In this document: positions 41,377-49,472 of the stretch, piece after piece
Layout of the letters: every line of letters begins with the position of its first letter
Numbering within the stretch: the first letter of the stretch is position 1
From: Myxococcota bacterium
GTDB taxonomy: Bacteria > Myxococcota_A > UBA9160 > UBA4427
Assembly (NCBI GenBank): GCA_041690055.1
Contig: JBDNFB010000068.1
Coordinates: forward strand, 8,114 to 72,113
Reading direction: 5' to 3'
Length of the DNA: 64,000 bases
Position numbers and translations under genes: made by a program
Notes under the pieces: model-generated
Database searches by the model: none
Told to the model about the DNA's origin: nothing
What the model saw: the letters and a program-made list of their open reading frames with translations, nothing else

Positions 41377-42747
41377 ATGAATCGCGTAGTCGCTTTGGCG
41401 GCGAATTGCGACGCGACGCAGTTAAAACTGACTGCGGCGGAGGGCTATCTGCTGTCGCGAATCGACGGCAAGACACCGCTTCGCCTGCTGCGCGAGATCG
41501 GTGGAATTCCCCCGTCCAACGTCGATGAATGTGTCGAGCTATGGCTGGACGACGGCGTTATAGAAGTGGTCGCAGGAAAGCCGGAGGCTAAGCCCAAGGG
41601 CGCTTCGGCTTCGGCAGCCACGACCGCGACAGCTGCGACTGCTGCCACCGCGGCGGACAAGATGGATGCGGGTGAATCAGATGGTCAGCCCTTCCCGCCG
41701 CCGATCGACGAATCGATGCTCGACGAACGACTCGATATTAGTTTGGATATCCAACGACGGATTCTTGAATTCGAGGCGGGCCTTGGACGGCCCTATCACA
41801 CGCTGCTGAACATCGATGTGGGCTCTCAGCCCAAGACTGTCAAGCGCGCCTATTTCAAGCTCTCCAAAGAATTTCATCCCGATCGCTTTTTCCGAAAGCA
41901 GATCGGCGATTACGGTGCACGCCTCAATCGCATCTTCAAGAAGATCCTGGAAGCGCACGAAATGCTCTCGGATCCCGAGTTGCGCGGGGTTGAAAATCAG
42001 GCCGCCGCTTCGGATACGTTCGTGGAACCGCCGCAGCAGCCGACGAGTAGAGCCGCGCTTTCCGGTCCGGCTAAGACCGCGCCCGATAAAAACGCGCCGC
42101 CCGAGGCCACTCCCGCCGCCGCCCCGAAGCGACCACTCACCAAGCTGGAACGCCTGCGTCAGCGCATGCCTTTTAAGATCAATCACGCGGCGATCGCCGA
42201 ACGTCGAGCCCGCGCGGCCGAGATCTTCAAGGCTGCCGAGTATTCGCAGCGCGCGGGTCGCCTGAAGGAAGCAGAAGCCAACATTCGTATCGCGATTACC
42301 TTCGATCCGAGCCGCTCGGAGTTCAAGGAGGCGCTCGGTAGCTTGCGCATCGAGGCCGCCGGCGCGCGCGCAGCGAAGCTGATGGCTGCCTCAAGCGACC
42401 GCATGCCCGATAGCGAGCTGCGTGAGGTGCTGACGCTGCTTGAAGACGTGCTGCCTTACCGGCCACATGATCCGGACCTGAATGAACGCGCCGCACGCGT
42501 CTGTCTGAAGCTTGGGAAGCTGGATGATGCCGCCGAGTACGCAGAGACCTTGATTGCGCGCACACCGGAAGTGGCGACGTACCACTCGATGCTCGGCAAG
42601 ATCGAGCGTGAGCGCGGAAATAGCGATGAAGCCATGAGCGCCTTCGAAACGGCGCTCAAGTACGACGAAGAAGATGTAGACGCACGGAGGGCCATTGCCT
42701 CCATGCGAATCGGAGCGCGAGATGCCGCGCGAGGGGGGCGGTCATGA
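41377..42747 (+). CDS. J-domain protein with N-terminal wHTH-like module and C-terminal TPR region
   Basis: J-domain [33 protein letters not shown] with intact HPD; N-terminal [18 protein letters not shown] module; C-terminal TPR-like helices ([18 protein letters not shown].., [18 protein letters not shown]). Confidence 0.75.
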   Translation: MNRVVALAANCDATQLKLTAAEGYLLSRIDGKTPLRLLREIGGIPPSNVDECVELWLDDGVIEVVAGKPEAKPKGASASAATTATAATAATAADKMDAGESDGQPFPPPIDESMLDERLDISLDIQRRILEFEAGLGRPYHTLLNIDVGSQPKTVKRAYFKLSKEFHPDRFFRKQIGDYGARLNRIFKKILEAHEMLSDPELRGVENQAAASDTFVEPPQQPTSRAALSGPAKTAPDKNAPPEATPAAAPKRPLTKLERLRQRMPFKINHAAIAERRARAAEIFKAAEYSQRAGRLKEAEANIRIAITFDPSRSEFKEALGSLRIEAAGARAAKLMAASSDRMPDSELREVLTLLEDVLPYRPHDPDLNERAARVCLKLGKLDDAAEYAETLIARTPEVATYHSMLGKIERERGNSDEAMSAFETALKYDEEDVDARRAIASMRIGARDAARGGRS

Positions 42748-44315
42748 GCCGTGTGATCGGAATCGATCTGGGAACGACTAATTCTTGCGTGGCGGTGGTC
42801 GAGAACGGGCAGCCGACCGTGATTCCGAATTCGGGGGGTTACAAGACAACTCCCTCGATGTTCGGGATTTCGCAAGATGGCAAGCGACTAGTGGGACACT
42901 TGGCGAAGCGCCAGGCCATTACCAATGCGCGCAACACGGTCTTCGCTTCGAAGCGTTTGATCGGTCGCCGCTTCGACGATCCGGAAGTGCAGAAGTCGAT
43001 TGATCTCTGTCCTTACGAGATTGTCAGAGGTCCCAACGAAGATCCGCGCATCAAGGTCGGTGGCAAAACGTTCACCTGCCCCGAGATCGCGGGCATCATC
43101 CTTCGCGAGATGAAGCGCGTCGCCGAAGAATATCTGAGCGAGACGGTGCAGGAAGCGGTCATTACGGTGCCCGCCTACTTCAACGATACTCAGCGCCAGT
43201 GCACGAAGGACGCGGGTAAGATTGCCGGCCTCGAAGTGCTGCGCATCATCAACGAACCGACCGCCGCGGCGCTTGCGTACGGCATGAGCCGGCAGGGCGA
43301 CGAGAAGATCGCGGTCTATGACCTGGGTGGTGGTACTTTCGATATCTCGATCCTCGAAATGTCGGACGGTGTCGTCGAAGTCCTCGCGACTTCGGGCAAT
43401 ACCTTCCTCGGCGGTGAGGACTTCGATCGACGTATCGTCCAGCATCTCGTCGAGTGGTTCGAAGAGAACGAGGGTATGGATCTGCGCAGCGATACAATGG
43501 CGCTGCAGCGACTGAAGGACGCGTCGGAGAAGGCTAAATGCGATCTCTCCATGCGCGATGTGGTCGAGATCAATCTGCCCTTTATTGCCAGCGACTCGGA
43601 AGGGCCGCGACATCTCAATTACGAGCTGACGCGCGAGACCCTCGAAGGTCTCGTACATGACGTCGTCGAAGGCACACTGAAGAGTGTCGAGCAGTGCTGT
43701 GTCGACGCCGGCGTCACGCCTGCGGACATCGATCAGGTCGTCCTAGTCGGTGGTCAGACCCGCATGCCGCTGGTTCAGCGCCGCGTGACGGAGCATTTCG
43801 GAAAGCGCCCGCATAAGGGCGTGAACCCGGACGAGGTCGTGGGTCTGGGCGCAGCGGTCCAGGCCGCAGCACTCCTTGACAGTGACAATGACATGCTGCT
43901 GCTCGACGTGACGCCGCTGTCTCTCGGTATCGGGACCTACGGTGGCCACTTTGCTCGCTTGATCGATCGCAATACGACAGTGCCGGTCAGTAAGGGGCAT
44001 ATCTTCACGACGACGCGCGACGATCAGTCGGCGGTGAAGATTCGCGTTCTTCAAGGTGAGAGCGATATGGCCGCGGAGAACGATCTCCTTGGTGAGTTCG
44101 TTCTTTCGGGCATCCGCCCCGCGCCTAAAGGTGAGCCGGAGATCGAGGTCAGCTTCGACATCGATGCCAACGGCATCGTGAGTGTCTCGGCGCGCGATCT
44201 GGCCACGGGCAAGGAGCAGTCGATCACGGTCAGCTCGACGGGCACACTGTCGGATGACGAGATTGATGAGATCATCAACGAGCACGACCTCTACGAAGTT
44301 CAGTTGAAGGACTAA
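42744..44315 (+). CDS. Hsp70 family protein lacking the C-terminal helical lid
   Basis: [50 protein letters not shown]. It ends at 523 aa shortly after the beta-sandwich ([15 protein letters not shown]...). The ATG overlaps the J-protein stop (ATGA). Confidence 0.85.
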   Translation: MSRVIGIDLGTTNSCVAVVENGQPTVIPNSGGYKTTPSMFGISQDGKRLVGHLAKRQAITNARNTVFASKRLIGRRFDDPEVQKSIDLCPYEIVRGPNEDPRIKVGGKTFTCPEIAGIILREMKRVAEEYLSETVQEAVITVPAYFNDTQRQCTKDAGKIAGLEVLRIINEPTAAALAYGMSRQGDEKIAVYDLGGGTFDISILEMSDGVVEVLATSGNTFLGGEDFDRRIVQHLVEWFEENEGMDLRSDTMALQRLKDASEKAKCDLSMRDVVEINLPFIASDSEGPRHLNYELTRETLEGLVHDVVEGTLKSVEQCCVDAGVTPADIDQVVLVGGQTRMPLVQRRVTEHFGKRPHKGVNPDEVVGLGAAVQAAALLDSDNDMLLLDVTPLSLGIGTYGGHFARLIDRNTTVPVSKGHIFTTTRDDQSAVKIRVLQGESDMAAENDLLGEFVLSGIRPAPKGEPEIEVSFDIDANGIVSVSARDLATGKEQSITVSSTGTLSDDEIDEIINEHDLYEVQLKD

Positions 44316-44350
44316 CTCGTAAACTATGGGTAAGGGATAGGGCGGGCGCC

Positions 44351-44923
44351 ATGGCGGATACGAACGAAGCTCGGGTTTCGGGATTGCTCCAAATGGGGCT
44401 GGAATCCTATGGAACCGGTGACGTGGCCCGAGCTTTCTTGCTCTGGCGCGAAGCGCTTGAGCTCGACCCGGGGAACGAAGAAGCGCTCGACTATATGCGG
44501 GATGCGGATCGTCGTTCGAAGCCGCGCGGTGGTCTGGAAGCGAGTGCGCCCGGAACGGTTCTCGATGATGTGCGTCGATTGCTGCACGACGAGAATGCCG
44601 ATGAGGCCTACGAGCTGATGACGAGCGTGGGCACGAACGGCGATTTCGAGAGTGAAGCGATGGTCGAACTCCTTCGTGCCACGCTCTACGCGGGATACCG
44701 CGCAGAGTTGGGCGATTTGGGGCAGGTTCCTCGCATCGTAGGAGAGGCCGCGGCGAGTCTGCAAAGTCGCAACCTGCCTCCGAGCGCGGGGTTCTTACTC
44801 TCCATGGTGGACGGCATGACGCCGCTTTCTGACCTGATCTCGCTCTCGGGCATGGATCGGTTCGAAGCATTGCGTTCGGTCTGCCGAATGCGCGAGGCGC
44901 GAATTCTGGAGTGGGACGTATGA
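44351..44923 (+). CDS. Small TPR-like protein with C-terminal wHTH-like module
   Basis: VARAFLLWREALELDPGNEEALDYM is a TPR-type repeat. The C-terminal AGFLLSMVDGMTPLSDL matches the N-terminal module of the J-protein. Preferred over the long antisense ORF 43743-44870. Confidence 0.6.
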   Translation: MADTNEARVSGLLQMGLESYGTGDVARAFLLWREALELDPGNEEALDYMRDADRRSKPRGGLEASAPGTVLDDVRRLLHDENADEAYELMTSVGTNGDFESEAMVELLRATLYAGYRAELGDLGQVPRIVGEAAASLQSRNLPPSAGFLLSMVDGMTPLSDLISLSGMDRFEALRSVCRMREARILEWDV

Positions 44924-45867
44924 GCGCGGCAGAAGAAAATTCTCTCCTCGGTTATCTGAACACGCCGATTATGGTGGGCGATCCGGACGGCAATATCGTG
45001 TACGCGAATCAGTCCTTTCGAGAGCGCTTTGGCTCTTCGGTTGAGGATCCGGTTGGGATGCCATTGGCAGCGGTATTCGGAGGTGGTGCACGCGAAGTGG
45101 TCTTGAAAGCGACCGCTGAAGTGCTCCAGCGCGGCCAGGCGGCTCGACTTCAGCTTCGCGAGGGCGGCTACGGCTACACGGGACTCGCTTCGCCTATCGA
45201 GGCGGAGGACGACCGCGTCGGCGTCGTCATGGTGATGCTCGAGGAGCAGTCGAACGAAGAGTATTTGACGGCGCTCACCGACGAGATCTCCGATCCGATC
45301 GCGGACGCACTGCGCAGTTTGCAGTCGCTTTCGGGCTTGATGAATGCGGACGCCACCCAAGACCAGCAGGCGCTGATCGATCGCAGCCTCCGCTCCCTGG
45401 AGTCGGCGAAAAAGTGGATGACCGAGCTACAGGTCGCAGTGCGCGGTGGCAAGCCGCAGCAGGGACGCTTTGATGTGTCGGCCTCGATTCAGCGCGTTGC
45501 CGAGCGTGCGCAGAAGGATGTGGCGGGAGCCGATCTCGCAGTGCTGATGCCGCCGAACCTGCCGCGGGTGGCCGGCAGGTCCGTTGTCTTCGAGCGCGTG
45601 CTGACCCAGTTGCTTCGAGAACGAATGCAGGAGACAGCGAAGGGCAAGCCGATCACGCTGCTTGCGCGTGCCCTTGGTGGCGAACAATCACGCGGTGTCC
45701 TCGTGTCCGTGGTTGATATCCCGGATGCAGATCGCCGCACGAGCAGTGGGCATCCGCCCGAAGCGGTCCAGCACGGGATGACCTCGATCGGCGGGGAGAG
45801 CATCTGCGTCGAAGACTCGATCGCAGGTCGCGTGACCTCATTGCGGCTCGCGATCGCGAGCAATTGA
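44920..45867 (+). CDS. PAS-domain protein with degenerate histidine-kinase-like core (pseudokinase?)
   Basis: PAS-like LNTPIMVGDPDGNIVYANQSFRERFG; DHp-like EISDPIADALRSL (Asp where the H-box His would be); LPRVAGRSVVFERVLTQLLRERMQ resembles the N-box region but lacks Asn. The ATG at 44920 overlaps the upstream stop (ATGA). Confidence 0.55.
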   Translation: MSAAEENSLLGYLNTPIMVGDPDGNIVYANQSFRERFGSSVEDPVGMPLAAVFGGGAREVVLKATAEVLQRGQAARLQLREGGYGYTGLASPIEAEDDRVGVVMVMLEEQSNEEYLTALTDEISDPIADALRSLQSLSGLMNADATQDQQALIDRSLRSLESAKKWMTELQVAVRGGKPQQGRFDVSASIQRVAERAQKDVAGADLAVLMPPNLPRVAGRSVVFERVLTQLLRERMQETAKGKPITLLARALGGEQSRGVLVSVVDIPDADRRTSSGHPPEAVQHGMTSIGGESICVEDSIAGRVTSLRLAIASN

Positions 45868-45917
45868 TCGCGAGGCGGATTCGCCGGATGGGTCTCCGCC
45901 CCGTATCGTCTGGTCAT

Positions 45918-47435
45918 ATGAACGCTTCGCCCGCCGCGTGCCGAATGGCTCTTCTGGTTCTTCTTGGACTGGTCCTTCTCGCTTGCCCGCAAGACGAGCT
46001 CGCAGACGCGGTTCTCAAGCCAGCGGCATGGCCCAAGGGTCGACTGGTCAGTGTCGCCGTCGTTGGTGAAGGCACGATCCTGATCGCCGCGGAGCACGGC
46101 AAAATCCATCGCAGCGATAATGCCGGCAAGACCTGGAAACGCGCGCGCGGTCCCGCGGTCAACTCGCTTTCGGCGCTGGCCATGGTCGACGCGGAGGTTG
46201 GCTGGGCGGTCGGAGACGGCGTGATCCTCAAAACCGACAAAGGGGGTCTCGCCTGGCGACGGCAGCGCCTCCCGCGCCGCGCCGACGAAGTTCAGCTCAT
46301 GGGCGTTGCCGCGCTCGACCGCGATCGTGCGATTGCGGTTGGAGCCGACGGCTTGCGCTTTTACACCCACGACGGCGGCGCGGTTTGGAAAGACGCTTCT
46401 GGGCCGCTGGTGGCTCCGTTAAACGAAGGGGCTGGCCCCGCGCCGCTCCGCGCAGTGCAGGGGGATTTGTACGATGACCTGCATGACGATCTATATGACG
46501 TCGCGTGCGAAGCCGCCAAGCTGAACCGCTGCTGGGCTGTTGGGGCTGGGCTTTACCTGAGTCGCGATGCGGGCGTCACCTGGGAGGCCGTTCCGATCTC
46601 GCATTTTGATTCGACCGAGCCGATTGAGTTTGCCTTTAAAGGCGTCGAAATCGCCGAAGAGGACGCCGCGCGGGTTCGGGCACTCGCGACAAAGTGGCGT
46701 TATGTCTCCCCGCTCTCGTGGCGAATTGAAGTGTCTCTGCTGGCTTCTGAAGTCGAGCGGATCAGTCGGCAACGGGATCCTGCCGCGTTGCTTGAAATCG
46801 TCGAAGCGCGCGCACAGGAAGCGCGCAGTCTGCTGGAAGACGTGGGCATCGATGCGACGCGAATCGAAGTGATTGGTGCGCCGCCTTGGAACTACGAAGA
46901 CTCCTTGGATGAAGACCCTGAACTTCTGGAACGTTATTTGGCTGAGCGCACGCAGGCCGTGGGCGGAGTGCGGATCCATCTCGAGGATGAGGCGCGCCTG
47001 CATGCCTTGGCTCTGTTCGGCGACGGTCATGCCGTCGCGGTGGGCGAGGCCGGAAAGGTCGCGCGTCGCGTGCAGACCGGCGGGGGCGCTTTCGCCTGGA
47101 AGGTCGAGGGGCGGAAGGGGACTCAGGATCTCTTTGCTGTGGCTATTGGGCCTGGTGACAGGCCTGTCATGGTGGGGGCACAAGGCGGATTTTGGGTGGC
47201 GGAGGCGAGCGACGACCTCGACGCGCCCGGTCGTTTCACACAGCGGGATGTGGGCGCGGGGCCCGCGGCCTTCGGTGCGATTCGGGATGTGGCCTTCGGC
47301 GAAGGTCCCGGCGCGGGGCCCGACCGGCTGGGTGTGGCGGTGGGAGAGCTGGGGCGAATCTGGGTCGCTGAAGGCATTCCCCCCGAGTGGAAGGTACGGA
47401 TTTCGCCTGCAGAAGGCACGCAACCGCAGTCGTAA
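45918..47435 (+). CDS. Lipoprotein with Asp-box (BNR) beta-propeller repeats, Ycf48-like
   Basis: Lipobox LVLLAC. Repeated S/T-x-D-x-G-x-(T/A)-W motifs: RSDNAGKTWK, KTDKGGLAWR, THDGGAVWK, SRDAGVTWE. Alternative starts at 45864 (TTG) and 45888. Confidence 0.65.
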   Translation: MNASPAACRMALLVLLGLVLLACPQDELADAVLKPAAWPKGRLVSVAVVGEGTILIAAEHGKIHRSDNAGKTWKRARGPAVNSLSALAMVDAEVGWAVGDGVILKTDKGGLAWRRQRLPRRADEVQLMGVAALDRDRAIAVGADGLRFYTHDGGAVWKDASGPLVAPLNEGAGPAPLRAVQGDLYDDLHDDLYDVACEAAKLNRCWAVGAGLYLSRDAGVTWEAVPISHFDSTEPIEFAFKGVEIAEEDAARVRALATKWRYVSPLSWRIEVSLLASEVERISRQRDPAALLEIVEARAQEARSLLEDVGIDATRIEVIGAPPWNYEDSLDEDPELLERYLAERTQAVGGVRIHLEDEARLHALALFGDGHAVAVGEAGKVARRVQTGGGAFAWKVEGRKGTQDLFAVAIGPGDRPVMVGAQGGFWVAEASDDLDAPGRFTQRDVGAGPAAFGAIRDVAFGEGPGAGPDRLGVAVGELGRIWVAEGIPPEWKVRISPAEGTQPQS

Positions 47436-47557
47436 CTGATTGATCCACATCGACAGTGCGCCTCAAGGCAGTCACTCTTTATTCCGATAGAATCGTGAGG
47501 TTCGCGACTTGCTGCGGCCCCAGTAGCCGTGTGTCCCCTACGGGGAGGAGTTCATCG

Positions 47558-49084
47558 ATGTCGGATCAGGATCTGAGCGCACCGATCCCAGTCCTGTTAG
47601 TGGGCGACGGGGCGCGCGCGACCGAGATGGCCCTGACGGCCAGCTTGGCGGCGTCCGGTCATTCCGCGCGCTTTTCCTGCGCGGCGTTTGGCGGCGTTGA
47701 TTCCGCTGCGGATGCGTCTTCCGGTGCTCAGCAAATTGTGCTGATCGCACTCGGATCCGATTCCGAGGAAATTCTGACCGATCCCGTTTGGCTTGCTTGG
47801 AGTCGACCGGGCGTATCCATGGCTCGAATTGCCATGTCGGACGAGACGCCGTCTGCCGATCTGGGTGTGCCCGTGCCTAATGCCCATGGAGCCGTCTCTG
47901 GAACCGCTTATGGAACCGCCGAAGCCGGCGACCAGATCATTTACCGCTTGCCGAGTTCGCAGTCTGATGCGCTGCCGATGGCGACGATTGTTGTGGCGCA
48001 GCTTCTGGATGCGGCGCGTAACGAAAGGGCCCTCCGCGATCAGCTTGATACCGAACGCGCGTGTGAACCTCTGGCTTCTTGTCTTGAGCCCGGCAAACTC
48101 TATCCGATGGCGCTCGAACTTCTTCTTGAGCGGCTTCATTGTCAGAGGGGCATCGCTTTTTTCTCGCCGAGTCCCGCCGGACGCGAAGCGGGTGTTGCGG
48201 CGCGCGGCTTTCCCGAGGAGGTGCGGGACCGGCTCTCTCGCATGCTGATCGACGAAAAATCCCTTGAATCGACCATGGGGCAGGGTGATGTGGGTGTCGT
48301 GCCGTGGGGCCCACTGCATCATGCGCTGGGTCAGCTGGGCTTGGATTCGCCCGGCCCTCTGCTCTCGGTCCCGCTTCGCGGGGAGGATCGTGAGTCGGGC
48401 CACGTCTGGGTACTTTCGGAAGGGCGACGCTTTGACAGCGAGGACCTCGCGAGCGCGACGACGATCGCGCGTCGAGTGAATGCGGCGCTGTCGACGGCTG
48501 AGCAGTACCATAACGCTAAGGAACGCGCGTTCATTGATGATGTGACGGGCGTCTACAACGCGCGCTATTTACTCGCGACCGCGGACAACGAGATTAAGCG
48601 CGCCGATCGCTACGGGAATCCGCTGTCCGTGCTCTTCCTCGATCTCGATCGCTTCAAGCAGGTCAACGATATCCACGGCCACCTGGTCGGATCCGATACG
48701 CTGCGCACGCTTTCGACCCTGCTCGGGCAGTCAGTGCGTCAGGTAGACACGCTTGCTCGCTACGGCGGGGACGAATTCACGGTGCTCCTCGTCGACACGC
48801 CGCATGACGCCGCACTCCGGATCGCGGAGCGCATTCGAAGCCGGGTTGAGGCGCATGTCTTCGAAGCGGGCCGCGAGGGCAGCTTTCGGCTCTCGATTTC
48901 GATCGGGGTGGCCAGCTGTCCCGAGCACGGCGGCTCCCGCGAGCCTCTGCTCGACGCGGCGGACAAGGCGATGTATCGGGCCAAGAGCCAGGGGCGGAAC
49001 CGGGTCTGTTCGGCGAACGATCTCGGCGAGGATCCCGGGAATGCGCCGAGTGAAGGCGCTTCCGGCGTAAGCGGCGGTCGCTGA
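47558..49084 (+). CDS. Diguanylate cyclase (GGDEF) with uncharacterised N-terminal region
   Basis: DDVTGVYNARYL, LFLDLDRFKQVNDIHGH, RYGGDEFTVLL; RxxD I-site (RQVD) five residues upstream of GGDEF. The ATG at 47558 is preceded by ggggaggag. Confidence 0.85.
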   Translation: MSDQDLSAPIPVLLVGDGARATEMALTASLAASGHSARFSCAAFGGVDSAADASSGAQQIVLIALGSDSEEILTDPVWLAWSRPGVSMARIAMSDETPSADLGVPVPNAHGAVSGTAYGTAEAGDQIIYRLPSSQSDALPMATIVVAQLLDAARNERALRDQLDTERACEPLASCLEPGKLYPMALELLLERLHCQRGIAFFSPSPAGREAGVAARGFPEEVRDRLSRMLIDEKSLESTMGQGDVGVVPWGPLHHALGQLGLDSPGPLLSVPLRGEDRESGHVWVLSEGRRFDSEDLASATTIARRVNAALSTAEQYHNAKERAFIDDVTGVYNARYLLATADNEIKRADRYGNPLSVLFLDLDRFKQVNDIHGHLVGSDTLRTLSTLLGQSVRQVDTLARYGGDEFTVLLVDTPHDAALRIAERIRSRVEAHVFEAGREGSFRLSISIGVASCPEHGGSREPLLDAADKAMYRAKSQGRNRVCSANDLGEDPGNAPSEGASGVSGGR

Positions 49085-49344
49085 GCCCACTGCGCTAACT
49101 GAGCGAGCGGGACCGGCTTCTGCGGATTGACAGCCCCTTGCGCTGTTGCTATCCAACTGTCCGATTTCGCAACGCTTTTTTGGGTTTAGGGCCTCTCGCG
49201 AGGCGCTGAATCATTAGCCTCGCCGAATCGATGCGACCTCCCAGCGCGACGCGTCCCGAACCCGCTCTTTTCCCGCCGAAACTAATCGAAGCGGGTCCAT
49301 GAGGCGGAGGGCGAAGTCCCGGCATGCGGCCGCTCGAAACGGCT

Positions 49345-49392
49345 CGGCTTTATCTGTCACCTTATCAGCCACTTTGTCTGCCACTTTGTCTG
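49345..49392. repeat. Four tandem 12-bp units (last two identical: ccactttgtctg) upstream of aspS
   Basis: cggctttatctg / tcaccttatcag / ccactttgtctg / ccactttgtctg, immediately followed by the palindrome ctgccaataggcag (49390-49403) and TTGACA (49405-49410). Confidence 0.6.
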
Positions 49393-49472
49393 CCAATAGG
49401 CAGTTTGACAACACGATGTACGGACCGCGGATTGCGCGGGCCCTTACGCAACGGCCTCGCCCAGGAGCTTGG

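Noticed and set aside
49189-49223. Mutually exclusive hairpins (gcctc/gaggc versus gcgaggc/gcctcgc) upstream of aspS as an attenuator or T-box-like switch.
   Set aside because: Stems are only 5 and 7 bp, there is no T-box consensus or U-tract, and such GC-rich complementarities arise by chance in this genome.
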